Shown one piece after another: positions 51,546-61,360 of a DNA stretch of 64,000 nucleotides. Position 1 is the stretch's first letter, and the number at the start of each line of letters is the position of its first letter. Below the pieces are notes generated by a model that was not told the origin of the DNA, did not search any database, and worked only from the letters and a program-made list of their open reading frames with translations. The stretch comes from an uncultured Acidobacteriota bacterium. Its GTDB lineage: Bacteria; Acidobacteriota; UBA6911. Where the stretch lies: the NCBI GenBank assembly GCA_963827655.1, contig CAWHCF010000002.1:160001-224000 (forward strand), given 5' to 3'. Position numbers and translations under genes: made by a program.

Positions 51546-51678
51546 TGTCCCTGGCGAATTCCGAGTTTGCTCTGCATTTCCATCCACGCGTCCAGGACGA
51601 ATTGTCGCAATCCTTCGATTTTCTGATCTTCAAACGCTGGCAACCAAATTCAAACCGGGCTATTCAAAAGGCGAACGT
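51546..51678 (-). repeat. ~130-bp dispersed element, copy B (inverted relative to copy A)
   Basis: Reverse complement matches 36528..36654. Confidence 0.85.
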
Positions 51679-51799
51679 CTTAGTGGGAACTAAGCTATTT
51701 ATAATAATCCTCGGTGCCGAACCAGTGCCAGAGAAGATTACAGACTTCGAACCTCCTAACCTCCTTAAAAGCAAACCACGACACTTTCCATCGGCAGAC

Positions 51800-52225
51800 C
51801 TATCTTGAAACCAATTCCTTGCTTGGTACCCGAACGAACGCATTCGGATTCAAACCAAAGTAAGCGCACAGTTTTTCAATGTGAGAAACATTGAAGTCGC
51901 GCCGCTGAGATATCAATTCCGAAATCGTCGATACCGGAATGCCAGTCGCCCTTGAGACTTCAGTTTGCGTAACGCCTCTAGTGTCGATTGACATCGCAAG
52001 CATCTTGTGCGGCGGCAACGGTTCGATAGAATGTGCCTTTTTTTCGTACTCCTCGATGAGATTCCCAAGAATCTCAAGATAGTCCTGCTCCGGTGCCGAT
52101 AGTGTCGAAGCGTCCAGCAGTTGATAGAGCACCGCTTCAGCACGCTCGAGATCAGCTTCAGACCTAATTGGCCGGAGCGGAAATGCGCGAATCAATTCCA
52201 GATACTTCGATGGAACTTTGGCCAT
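51800..52225 (-). CDS. higA: HigA antitoxin (HTH)
   Basis: PLRPIRSEADLE, LIEEYE, C-terminal HTH STISELISQRR. Confidence 0.85.
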   Translation of the reverse strand: MAKVPSKYLELIRAFPLRPIRSEADLERAEAVLYQLLDASTLSAPEQDYLEILGNLIEEYEKKAHSIEPLPPHKMLAMSIDTRGVTQTEVSRATGIPVSTISELISQRRDFNVSHIEKLCAYFGLNPNAFVRVPSKELVSR

Positions 52226-52231
52226 AAGGGA

Positions 52232-52519
52232 TTACTCCTTCCATTTAGCGAGGTCGTATTCCTTGTGGGTCAAGATGTGCCGGACATAAACCTTTTGCCG
52301 ATTGTAATGAATCACTGCGATTAGGCGGTACTTGTTGCCGGCGATGTTGAACACTGTGAACTTGGCAACCTGATCCGCAGTCCCGAATAATTTCCTGACG
52401 TCGGCAAAATTGTTCCAGTCGGCAGTCTCAACAGCCCTAATCCAATGCCGCAGCGAGGTCTCAGCATCGGGATATTTCATCCAGAACTGCTTTAACGGAC
52501 TGCGTGAGATCAAGTGCAT
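52232..52519 (-). CDS. higB: HigB toxin
   Basis: MHLISR, VFNIAGNKYRLI, ILTHKEYD; toxin-first gene order. Confidence 0.9.
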   Translation of the reverse strand: MHLISRSPLKQFWMKYPDAETSLRHWIRAVETADWNNFADVRKLFGTADQVAKFTVFNIAGNKYRLIAVIHYNRQKVYVRHILTHKEYDLAKWKE

Positions 52520-52599
52520 TCACACGCATTTTCGCAAATTGCGAAGATGATTAGCAAGGCTAATTTTGCACAATGCTGACCAAACAGGGAATGGGCTTT

Positions 52600-53289
52600 G
52601 TCTCCGGTACCGGAAGTATCATTCGCCACGGTTTCTACAATTCAGGTAAGCGTCGTCGCTACCGTTGCCGGACTTGCGACAAGACATTCTGCGCGAACAC
52701 CGGCACACCTTAAGATCGACTCAACATCGTCGGGCGACCTTCGACGAAGTTGCCACCCTCAGCGTCGAGGGCCTGAACAAGTCTGCAATCGCACGGTAAA
52801 GCAGATGCCTGGAATACAGTCGCTCGATGGCTCGAAAAGGCCGCCCATTCGTGTCGTCGGTTCAACGATCGAATAGTAGTTGCGCTTTCCCTCGCGGAGC
52901 TTCAGGCCGACGAGATTCGGACGGTCGTCGGCAGCAAGAAACACCCGATCTGGATCTTCACCACGATTGACGTCTGGTCTCGGCTTTGGCCTGCGACCGT
53001 CATAGGGAGACGAAGCTACCGAAACACGCTCGCTCTCTTTCAAGACGTAGCCAGCCGAATGAATCTTGAACGTGACCTCCTGATCGCCACAAACGGCTTC
53101 CAGTTTTACAAGAGAGTTATCTGTCGCATTTTGGGGCCAGCTTGTCTGTACGGCCAGGTGATCAAGACCCGTAGGAACGATCGCATCATCAACGTCGAGC
53201 GAAGAACAGTGATCGGCGACGCGTGGCGATTCGAAGAGACGCTGCGCGACTCCGAGGACTCCTCGAAACTGAACACCTCTTTCGTCGAG
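52600..53289 (+). mobile_element. IS1-family-like transposase pseudogene (5' and middle part)
   Basis: IIRHGFY...RYRCRTCDKTFC zinc ribbon, ELQADEI, YGQVIKTRR...LNTSFVE; matches 60153..60290. Confidence 0.75.
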
Positions 53290-54209
53290 GGCAGGACATC
53301 CACTTTCTGCATGTGCGCTCCTCCGAACCTGAAGCACTGCCGCTGCTGCTGATCCACGGATGGCCGGGTTCGATCGTCGAGTTCGTTAATGTCATCGGCC
53401 CCCTCGCCAACCCTCGGGCGTATAGCGCCGATCCGAAACAGGCATTTCATGTTGTGGCACCCTCAATCCCTGGCCATGGTTTCTCGATACCGCTGAACGA
53501 AGTGGGCTGGACGCATCGTCGCAACGCTAGGGCGTACGCCGAAGTGATGACGCGGCTGGGCTATGCGACCTACGGCGTCCAGGGCGGCGATCATGGCGCT
53601 TTCGAAGCTCCCGAGGTGGCCAGAGTGGATCCTGGCCGCGTGCTTGGCGTGCACGTCAACGCTCTGCTGACTTTCCCCTCGGGAGATCCGGCAGAGCTGG
53701 CCGGCCTCACTGACGGGGAGGCAGATCGGCTGCGTCGGCTGAAGGAGTTCAATCAGGAGCAGATGGGCTATATCCACCAGCAGGGTACGCGTCCGCAGAC
53801 CCTTGCGTACGCGCTTACCGACTCACCGGTCGGACAGCTCGCCTGGATTATAGAAAAGTTTAAGGAGTGGACCGATCCGGCCGCCAAGCTGCCCGAAGAC
53901 ACGATCGACCGCGATCTGCTTCTTACCGACGTCACGCTGTACTGGCTGACACGCACCGCCGGCTCCTCCGCACAGCTCTACTACGAGACCAACCATGATC
54001 CGGCCGCATGGGCGCCTAAGGAACGTGGTACCACGCCGACTGGCGTCGCGGTCTTCACCCCGCACGACATCACCATCCGAAGGCTCGCTGAACGCGACCA
54101 CAACATCGTGCACTGGACCGAATTCGAGCGCGGCGGCCACTTCGCGGCCATGGAGACGCCCGACCTCCTCGTCGGCGACGTGAGGGAGTTCTTCCGACGA
54201 TTCCGGTGA
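53284..54209 (+). pseudogene. Epoxide hydrolase (microsomal-type), N-terminus lost
   Basis: DIHFLHVRS, HGWPGS, QGGDHG, TRPQTLAYALTDSPVG, GGHFAAME. Confidence 0.85.
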
Positions 54210-54216
54210 TATGAAC

Positions 54217-54301
54217 TGCCGACTTCCGCTGCAACCGATCAAGCGGCGCCCTCGGGTGGTAGCTGCTACAAGGTACTTCTCGGGCCCGCTCGCGGCTGAG
54301 C
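54217..54301 (+). other. Degenerate attC-like palindrome
   Basis: CCGCTGCAACCG..AAGCGGCGCCC...GGGCCCGCTCGCGGCTGAGC directly after a stop codon; right core site absent. Confidence 0.35.
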
Positions 54302-54354
54302 ATTCCGGCCCGCTGGAGCTTCTCGGTCGCTTTGGCCAGCGCACCCGGCCGGTT

Positions 54355-54610
54355 AGTCTACGAGTCACCGGAAGCTTTTGCGACCCGGAACACGGACCAC
54401 TACATCGGTGCTTGGCGGGCATACTATAAGGCTCTCGTCGAGGCTGGGATCTACGGCGGCGGCTCTCCACTTGAAGTGCCGGAGACAGGGACCACGGTGC
54501 GACTTAAGGAAGAAAAACGACGGGTACAGGATGGCCCCTACGCTGATACCAAGGATCAACTGGGGGGATTCACATTCCTGGAACTCCCCTCGCTTGACGC
54601 AGGCGGATAG
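54355..54610 (+). pseudogene. YciI/DGPF-family fragment
   Basis: TTVRLK...VQDGPYADTKDQLGGF; both ends truncated. Confidence 0.75.
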
Positions 54611-55238
54611 GCCGAACAAAAGCCGTTTTCCTCGCGCCCCCCGGCTGCGGGGTCGGCCCAGCTTCCGATAAGGCAAGACATAATGTCAACTTGAGCGCCC
54701 GGTCCGACCGTTCTGCGGCATCCGATTGGCCGATCATAGACCAAAACTTTTAGGCTGGGATGAAATTTTGCAGGCTTTCGCCACGGCGGCGATCGGGCGG
54801 TCAGTCAGACCGGTTCATCAGGGTGAGAGGACGAGCGTCCCGCTGCTGAGACGATCGGTGGCGCGCGCGCTGCAGGATCGAGATAGTAGATCTCGATTTG
54901 ATTCAACCAACTCGCGTGAATAGGGGCCGTGGACAACAACCAGGCTGGAATATTTGGCTTGCAGCCGTGCAATTTCAGTCATAGAACACGTTGTCGTATT
55001 TACGAACAGGTGCACTAAGTTCCCATTACTCATCAGCGCCGCGGACTCGCCGCTTCCTACGCTCGATGCGACACGAATCCCGGCGCGGGCGGGCGGCGGT
55101 GGGTCAGTGGTCCTAACTATAGGATGGAGGAATTGAACTGAGGATAGAAATTTGGGGTAGTTAAAGGAGAGCCGATTCGAGAGCAGATTGGACGTCAGGC
55201 AAGGCAGATGGAAACGATCAAACCATGAGGAGGACAAC

Positions 55239-56127
55239 ATGATCACTCTAATGGGAGCAACCGGGCACACCGGAAAGAAAATCACCGAAGCACTGCTCAA
55301 AGCCGGCGAGCAGGTCCGCGCACTCGGCCGCTCGGAGAGCAAACTGGCGGAACTCAAGCGGGCCGGGGCCGAAGTGCTCATCGGGCGATACGACCGACGC
55401 CGCCTTCCTGACGAAGGCCTTTCGCGGCGCGGATGCCGTCTACACGCTGCTGCCGACTGATCCAAGCTCACCCGACTTCCGCGCCGAGCAGGATCGGCAA
55501 GGTGAGGCCATCGTGAAAGCCATTCGCGAGAGCGGGGTCCGGTACGTCGTTGCGTTGAGCAGCCTGGGCGCAGATTTGAGCGAAGGGACAGGCGTGATCG
55601 CGGGTCTGCACGCACAAGAAGAACGCCTCAGGCGGCTTGAAGGCACGAACGTGCTGCTGCTTCGTCCAGTATCCTTCTTCGAGAACTTTTACGACAAGCT
55701 TGGGCTCATCAAGCACGAAGGAATCAACGGAGACTCCGTCGCGCCAGACCTCGCCGTCCCGATGATCGCGACCCGCGACATTGCCGACATCGCGGCGAGG
55801 GCGCTCAAAGCCCGCGATTGGAAGGGCGTCGGCGTGCGCGAGTTGCTCGGCCCGCGCGATCTCAGCTATTCCGAGGCGACGCGTATTATCGGAGAACGTA
55901 TCGGCAAGCCCGATCTCAAGTACGTTCAGTTCCCCTACGCCGACGAGGCCCAGGCGCTCGTGCAGGCGGGCATGTCCGAGAGCTTCGCTCACCTCTATGT
56001 CGAGATGACGCGCGCCTTCAACGAGGAAAAGGTCAAGCCGCACGCGGGCCGTACGTCCGAGAACACCACGCCCACGCGGTTCGAGGACTTCGCGGGCGAG
56101 CTCGCGCACGCCTACGAGGCGCTGTGA
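55239..56127 (+). CDS. NmrA-family NAD(P)-binding protein; frameshift near 55385
   Basis: GAGGAGG RBS, MGATGHTG Rossmann motif, LSSLGA, LRPVSFFEN, MIATRDIA. Confidence 0.85.
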
Positions 56128-56149
56128 AAGGGAATGAGGAGGTCCCAAG

Positions 56150-56638
56150 ATGATTGATGATTTGATTCGTGTCTTGACGCTTGTGTCAGCACTCGGCTGC
56201 GGGCTGATGGCCGGATTCTTCTTTGCTTTTTCGGCTTGCGTGATGAAAGCCCTCGCGCGCCTTCCTGCAAGCGCGGGCATTGCCGCCATGCAATCGATCA
56301 ATGTCGCGGTGATCAATCCCTTGTTCATGATCGCGTTTCTCGGCACGGCTGCAGCTTGCGTCACGCTGGGTGTCTCTTCGCTGCTCATGCGACACAGACC
56401 CGGTGCGATCTACCTGCTCATCGGCAGCCTGCTTTATCTCGTCGGCACTGTGCTCGTGACGATTGTATTCAATGTTCCGCGGAACGACGCGCTGGCGGCG
56501 GTCGAACCGGCGAACGCCGATGCTGCCGCCCTATGGGGTGGCTATTTGACCAGTTGGACGGCCTGGAACCACGTGCGGACAGCAGCGGCGCGCTACTCGG
56601 CGTGGAATTCCGGAGTGAGGTGGCTTGGACATTCTTGA
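56150..56638 (+). CDS. DUF1772/anthrone oxygenase-family membrane protein (C-terminal helix appears replaced)
   Basis: GLMAGFFFAFS, AMQSIN, NVPRNDAL, WTAWNHVRT. Confidence 0.85.
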   Translation: MIDDLIRVLTLVSALGCGLMAGFFFAFSACVMKALARLPASAGIAAMQSINVAVINPLFMIAFLGTAAACVTLGVSSLLMRHRPGAIYLLIGSLLYLVGTVLVTIVFNVPRNDALAAVEPANADAAALWGGYLTSWTAWNHVRTAAARYSAWNSGVRWLGHS

Positions 56639-56654
56639 TGGAGGGAGAAGCAAA

Positions 56655-57131
56655 ATGAGTTCAGCATCCGATGACGAAGCCGCCATCCGCGACCTTTACC
56701 ATGAACTGATGGATGCCTGGAACAAGGGCAGTGGCGAAGCCTTTGCCGCTACGTTCACCGAGAACGGTGATCTCATCGCGTTCGATGGGACTCACTTCAA
56801 AGGACGCCAAGAGATCGCCCCGTTTCACCAGCGACTCTTTGAAACACACCTCAAGGGGACGCGCCTTGTCGGCAAGGTGACGAGCCTCCGGTTCCTGAGT
56901 CCCGACGTTGCCCTGATGCACGCCATCGGCGGAACTGTGATGCGAGGGAAATCACAACCTTCGCCCGAGCGAGACTCAATTCAGACACTCGTAGCCACGA
57001 AACGTGGCGGCGACTGGCGCCTCGCAGCCTTTCAGAACACCAGGGTCAGGCCGATGGGCCGTAATGCTTGGGGTACTCTCATATGGCTGTTCTCGGATTG
57101 GTTGTGGAAAACGTTCGGTCCAAAAAGATAG
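56655..57131 (+). CDS. SgcJ/EcaC (SnoaL/NTF2-like) protein
   Basis: DAWNKGSGEAFAATF, GRQEI, WRLAAFQNT. Confidence 0.85.
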   Translation: MSSASDDEAAIRDLYHELMDAWNKGSGEAFAATFTENGDLIAFDGTHFKGRQEIAPFHQRLFETHLKGTRLVGKVTSLRFLSPDVALMHAIGGTVMRGKSQPSPERDSIQTLVATKRGGDWRLAAFQNTRVRPMGRNAWGTLIWLFSDWLWKTFGPKR

Positions 57132-57198
57132 GTGGTGTGGCCCGTATCTGTCCTTCGGGCGCCATCTGACGATCAGCTTCTATTCAAGAGCAGGTTTT

Positions 57199-57723
57199 AT
57201 GCAACTGTTGTTTCTGCTTCTGCTTATTGTTGGTCCTTACCTGTTACTCACTCTGGCGGGGCGGCGGATTACCGGCCTCAAAATCGCTCCTGCCACACGG
57301 GCGAGAGTGGGCCTGTCGCTCTTCTTCCTTTTCACATCTCTGGGACATTTCATCAGAACCGAAGAGATGTCGGCGATGGTGCCGCCCGTTATCCCGTACC
57401 GTGTGGAACTAATCTACATTACCGGAGTGCTGGAGTTGCTCGGAGCCATCGGCGTGTGGATCCCCCGTCTGACGAGATTGACGGGTCTTTGCGTCATCTT
57501 AATGCTCATAGGTCTCTTACCCGCGAACATCTACTCGGCTATTCAGCGGGTTGACTTCGGCGGCCACGGCGCTGGCCCGGCTTATCTGCTTGTGAGAGTG
57601 CCGTTTCAGGTATTTGCGATCTGGTGGACGTATTTTGCGACAGAACAGAAATTGACGCTCGCATTTCGCCATCAATCGCCAGGTTCGTACGGCCACCGGC
57701 GCGAGCGAGGTGGAGGATTATGA
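57199..57723 (+). CDS. DoxX-like membrane protein
   Basis: GHF...MVPP, ITGVLELLGAIG, LPANIY, RVPFQ. Confidence 0.75.
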   Translation: MQLLFLLLLIVGPYLLLTLAGRRITGLKIAPATRARVGLSLFFLFTSLGHFIRTEEMSAMVPPVIPYRVELIYITGVLELLGAIGVWIPRLTRLTGLCVILMLIGLLPANIYSAIQRVDFGGHGAGPAYLLVRVPFQVFAIWWTYFATEQKLTLAFRHQSPGSYGHRRERGGGL

Positions 57724-57826
57724 AATCAGAGTCAGTAAATGTCAACGGAGGAGAGTCGTACTCCTCGTTGAGCCACTCGATGATGATTGAAGTATCCAGG
57801 CTCCCGAATAGGCGAGCACAACTCTT

Positions 57827-58912
57827 TCAGACCTCGGCGCTCCTGACCGGGAAGCGGCCCATACCGCCACCCAAAAGTAGGAGAAGAATGGCTTTCTGGA
57901 TGTGCATTCGATTCTCAGCCTGGTCGAAGGCGACAGAGCGCTGAGAATCAATGACTGCGTCGGTGACTTCCTCCCCACGGTGTGCAGGGAGGCAGTGCAT
58001 GAAAACAACGTGCGGCGCGGCCTCAGCCATCAACTCGTCGTTGACTTGATACGCCGCGAAATAAGCGGCCCTATCGTGGGCTTCGCTCTCGCGACCCATG
58101 CTGGTCCAAACATCGGTATATACAGCGTCGGCGTCCGCTACGGCCTTGTGTGGATCGATAAGTACCTCAATGACAGCATCGGTCTGTTGTGCGACCTCGC
58201 GAGCCTCTGCAACTACCTGCGGGTCGGGTCCGTACCCAGGCGGAGTCGCAACCGAAATCCGGGAACCGAGTGCGGCCGCAGTGCGCAATAGCGAATGACT
58301 GACGTTGTTGCCATCTCCGACGTACGCCAGGCGAACATTCTTCAGATCCCCGAACTTTTCCTGCAAAGTGAAGTAATCGGCCAGTGCCTGGCAGGGATGC
58401 TCACAGTCGCTGAGCGCGTTAATTACAGGAATACCAGCGTACTCTGCCATGTTCGCGATCGTGTCATGCTTAAATGTGCGAAGCACGATCACGTCGACCC
58501 AGCGCTCGAGATTGTGCGCAATGTCACTCAGCGGCTCGCGTGCGTCAATGCGGTTTTGAGTCTGGTCGACGAAGAACGAGACCCCGCCCAGGCTCGCCAT
58601 TCCAGCTTCAAAAGTGAGCCGGGTGCGCAACGACGGCTTCTCAAAGAACATGACCAGTTGTTTTCCGGTCAGCGCTCCTCGGAAATCTGCCGGCCGTGAC
58701 TTCATCAGACCCGCAAGGTGAAGCACAGCTTCTACGTCTTGTGGCTTCAGATCACTAATTGACACCAGATCGCGGCACGAGAATTCCGTCGCTACTGGTG
58801 GATAATAAATCGGTACAGTTCTCATTGGTTGACTACTCACGTCTGCTCCTGCTGGCTTCCGTGTCCTACGCGCTTCTGCGCCAATCGACACTGTTTCTGC
58901 GTCACGCCTCAT
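57827..58912 (-). CDS. argF: Ornithine carbamoyltransferase (start may be ATG 58825)
   Basis: FEKPSLRTR, HPCQALAD, GDGNN, DVWTSMG, HCLP, QAENR. Confidence 0.92.
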   Translation of the reverse strand: MRRDAETVSIGAEARRTRKPAGADVSSQPMRTVPIYYPPVATEFSCRDLVSISDLKPQDVEAVLHLAGLMKSRPADFRGALTGKQLVMFFEKPSLRTRLTFEAGMASLGGVSFFVDQTQNRIDAREPLSDIAHNLERWVDVIVLRTFKHDTIANMAEYAGIPVINALSDCEHPCQALADYFTLQEKFGDLKNVRLAYVGDGNNVSHSLLRTAAALGSRISVATPPGYGPDPQVVAEAREVAQQTDAVIEVLIDPHKAVADADAVYTDVWTSMGRESEAHDRAAYFAAYQVNDELMAEAAPHVVFMHCLPAHRGEEVTDAVIDSQRSVAFDQAENRMHIQKAILLLLLGGGMGRFPVRSAEV

Positions 58913-59009
58913 CCAAGCCGCCGGCGTTTCACTGATATAAGATCAAACCTGGAAAAAGACTACAGTTGAACTGTCCTCAGCCCTTTGAGCTAGTTGTTCC
59001 GTGTTCGGT

Positions 59010-59931
59010 TCACATAATCTTTTTTCCGAACGCCGATGAGATCAGCTGCACGCCCAGCTCGGCCGTCCGGTTTGCGATGTCAAGCACCGGATTGACCTCG
59101 GTCAACTCGAACGAAAGCATCCTTTCCTGAGTCCGCGATCTTCTCCATTGCGAGATGGCTTTCACGATAGGTTGGACCGCCCGGAACCGGCGTGCCGACA
59201 CCCGGCGCGTAATCAGGATCCACAAAATCCATGTCCATGGTCACGTGAAAACCCACAGTGTGCCGCGAGGCCAACCCCATCGCTTCGTCCATGACCGCGC
59301 TCATCCCACGTTCGTCGAGCTCGCTCATCGTCACCACCCGGATGCCGGAATTTTTGAGGGTAATGGCTTCTTCTGGATCAACGCTGCGTGCCCCTATCAG
59401 TACGCAGTCTTCAGGATAGACTTTGGGCGAGAACCCGCTGATGTGTGTCAACTCTTTCGCCCCATGACCCAGGATCGCGGCGAACGGCATTCCATGAATA
59501 TTTCCAGAGGGCGATGTATCGGGCGTGTTCATGTCTCCATGAGCATCGAACCAGATGACGCCGACTCTATCGTCACGTTTGCGGTGAAAGGAGGCGAGTC
59601 CGGAAACGCTGCCGATCGCGATGGAATGATCCCCGCCGAGGATAATCGGGATAGAGCCCCCTTCGAGGGCAGCTTCAACGTGATGGGCGAGCTTCTGACA
59701 GGCGATGGCGATTTCGGGCAAATATTTCAGCTTGCGATCCGTGATCTGCATCATCTCGGAATTGCGCACTACGAGATTGCCCTCGTCAGTGACGTCATAA
59801 CCCAGCTTGACGAGCCGATGGTAGAGGTCGGCAACGCGGAGCGCTGAGGGCCCCATATCCACGCCGCGCCGATCGGCCCCCAGATCCATCAAGACGCCGA
59901 TAATCGTGACTTTCTTGCTTAAGACCAACAT
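59010..59931 (-). CDS. rocF: Arginase; frameshift near 59121
   Basis: [38 protein letters not shown], and EVNP in the second frame. Confidence 0.92.
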
Positions 59932-60152
59932 AACTCAGTAAATATCGTTATTCATGTGAGTTTTTTCTTAACGCCGCGTGCCCTCAACGAACGACCTGCA
60001 CGAGCGTACGAATGAGTGGACGCTCTACTCAACGCGTTCCACTTCACTCTCGCTTAGATCAGAAGAAATCGAGCAAAAGACTACAGCCCAATTTACGGGT
60101 AGGTAGACTGGATGTACTGGAATCGCAGTTGGTCGGCTAAGAGGATGGACTC

Positions 60153-60602
60153 GGCCAGGTGATCAAGACCCGTAGGAACGATCGCATCATCAGGGTCGAG
60201 CGAAGAACGCTAATTGGCGACACGTGGAGATTCGAAGAGACGCGGCACGACTCCGAAGACTCCTCGAAACTGAACACTTCTTTCGTCGAGCGGCTGAACC
60301 TCACGATCCGACAGGGCTCAGCCTATCTTTTTCGGCGGACGATCAGCCACGCCCGATGGCATGAGCGTCTCGAGGATCACCTGGAGTTGCTTCGCTGCTA
60401 CTATAACTTCGTCAGGCCTCACAGGGCGTTGAAATTCGGAGGCGAGGTTAGGACGCCAGCGATGCAAGCTGGGCTGACCACCCGACGGCTGACGTTAAGG
60501 GAGATCTTCCCGTCGCCGATGCTTCCTTCGTTTTCGGAGAAAGTCAAGTTCGGGCAATCGACCGTTTTGGTCGTTGTCGATGAGACGCGGATGCCTCTGG
60601 CA
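60153..60602 (+). mobile_element. IS1-family-like transposase 3' remnant
   Basis: LNTSFVERLNLTIRQ, YYNFVRPH, TPAMQAGL. Confidence 0.8.
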
Positions 60603-60786
60603 GGTATTGTCAACTTGGCATCCTCGGATCGAGGTCGGGACGGTTGTGGGGTTGACGCCTTGATTGATCAGGCAAATGTTACTTCATGCCAAATAAGGAA
60701 GGAGCGGGCTCGCAATAGCCGGTGGTTGGCTGACCGGAGCAGGTGCCGTCCAACTCGGAAGAGATTGTGGATGATTCCGTGGACCG
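60603..60786 (-). mobile_element. IS6-family end fragment
   Basis: Near-identical to 50083..50267, begins GGTATTGTCAACTT. Confidence 0.9.
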
Positions 60787-60868
60787 TGTCCTTTCGGCAC
60801 GCTTGCATGACTTGACCAACTGAACTTGCTACCGTCTGCTTTTGCCCTCAACGGGGCGAGGAGGAAAG

Positions 60869-61360
60869 ATGGTAGCCAACCAAGTTCAGGATCTTCCCCC
60901 TGACATACGAAAGACTTACCGGCGTTTCGAACGGTGGCGGAGCTTGCACACCGGGCGGTACCGCTTGCCGATTCCGGAGCCGTTGTGGGCTGGGGCTGCG
61001 GAACTGGCACGGGTGCACGGGGTTTTCCGCATCGCGAGGGCTCTGCATCTGGAGTACGGCAAACTGAAAGAGCTGGCAGGAGCGGTGGGTCCGGCGACAA
61101 AGAAGCCGGCAGACAAGACCCCGGCAGCCTTTCCCCGAACCCAGGCTGGCCGGCACAGTCAGACCGCGGTCTTGAGCCGCACGCGATCACGGCCTCGACC
61201 ACCGGCGTTTGTCGAGCTGATCGCACCGAGCCCCGGCACTTCCCTTGAATGCCGGGTGGAATTGGAGGGACGGCGCGGGAAGATGAGGATCGAATTCAAG
61301 GGCATCGCCACAGCGGAACTGGTGGCGCTCGGCCGGGCGTTGTGGGACGGTGAGGCATGA
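60869..61360 (+). CDS. IS66 TnpA-like HTH accessory protein
   Basis: IPEPLWAGAAELA, PAFVEL, C-terminal beta module; ATGA overlap with tnpB. Confidence 0.7.
   Translation: MVANQVQDLPPDIRKTYRRFERWRSLHTGRYRLPIPEPLWAGAAELARVHGVFRIARALHLEYGKLKELAGAVGPATKKPADKTPAAFPRTQAGRHSQTAVLSRTRSRPRPPAFVELIAPSPGTSLECRVELEGRRGKMRIEFKGIATAELVALGRALWDGEA

Noticed and set aside
59932-60150. Possible riboswitch or leader upstream of arginase
   Set aside because: No recognisable aptamer consensus or terminator by eye
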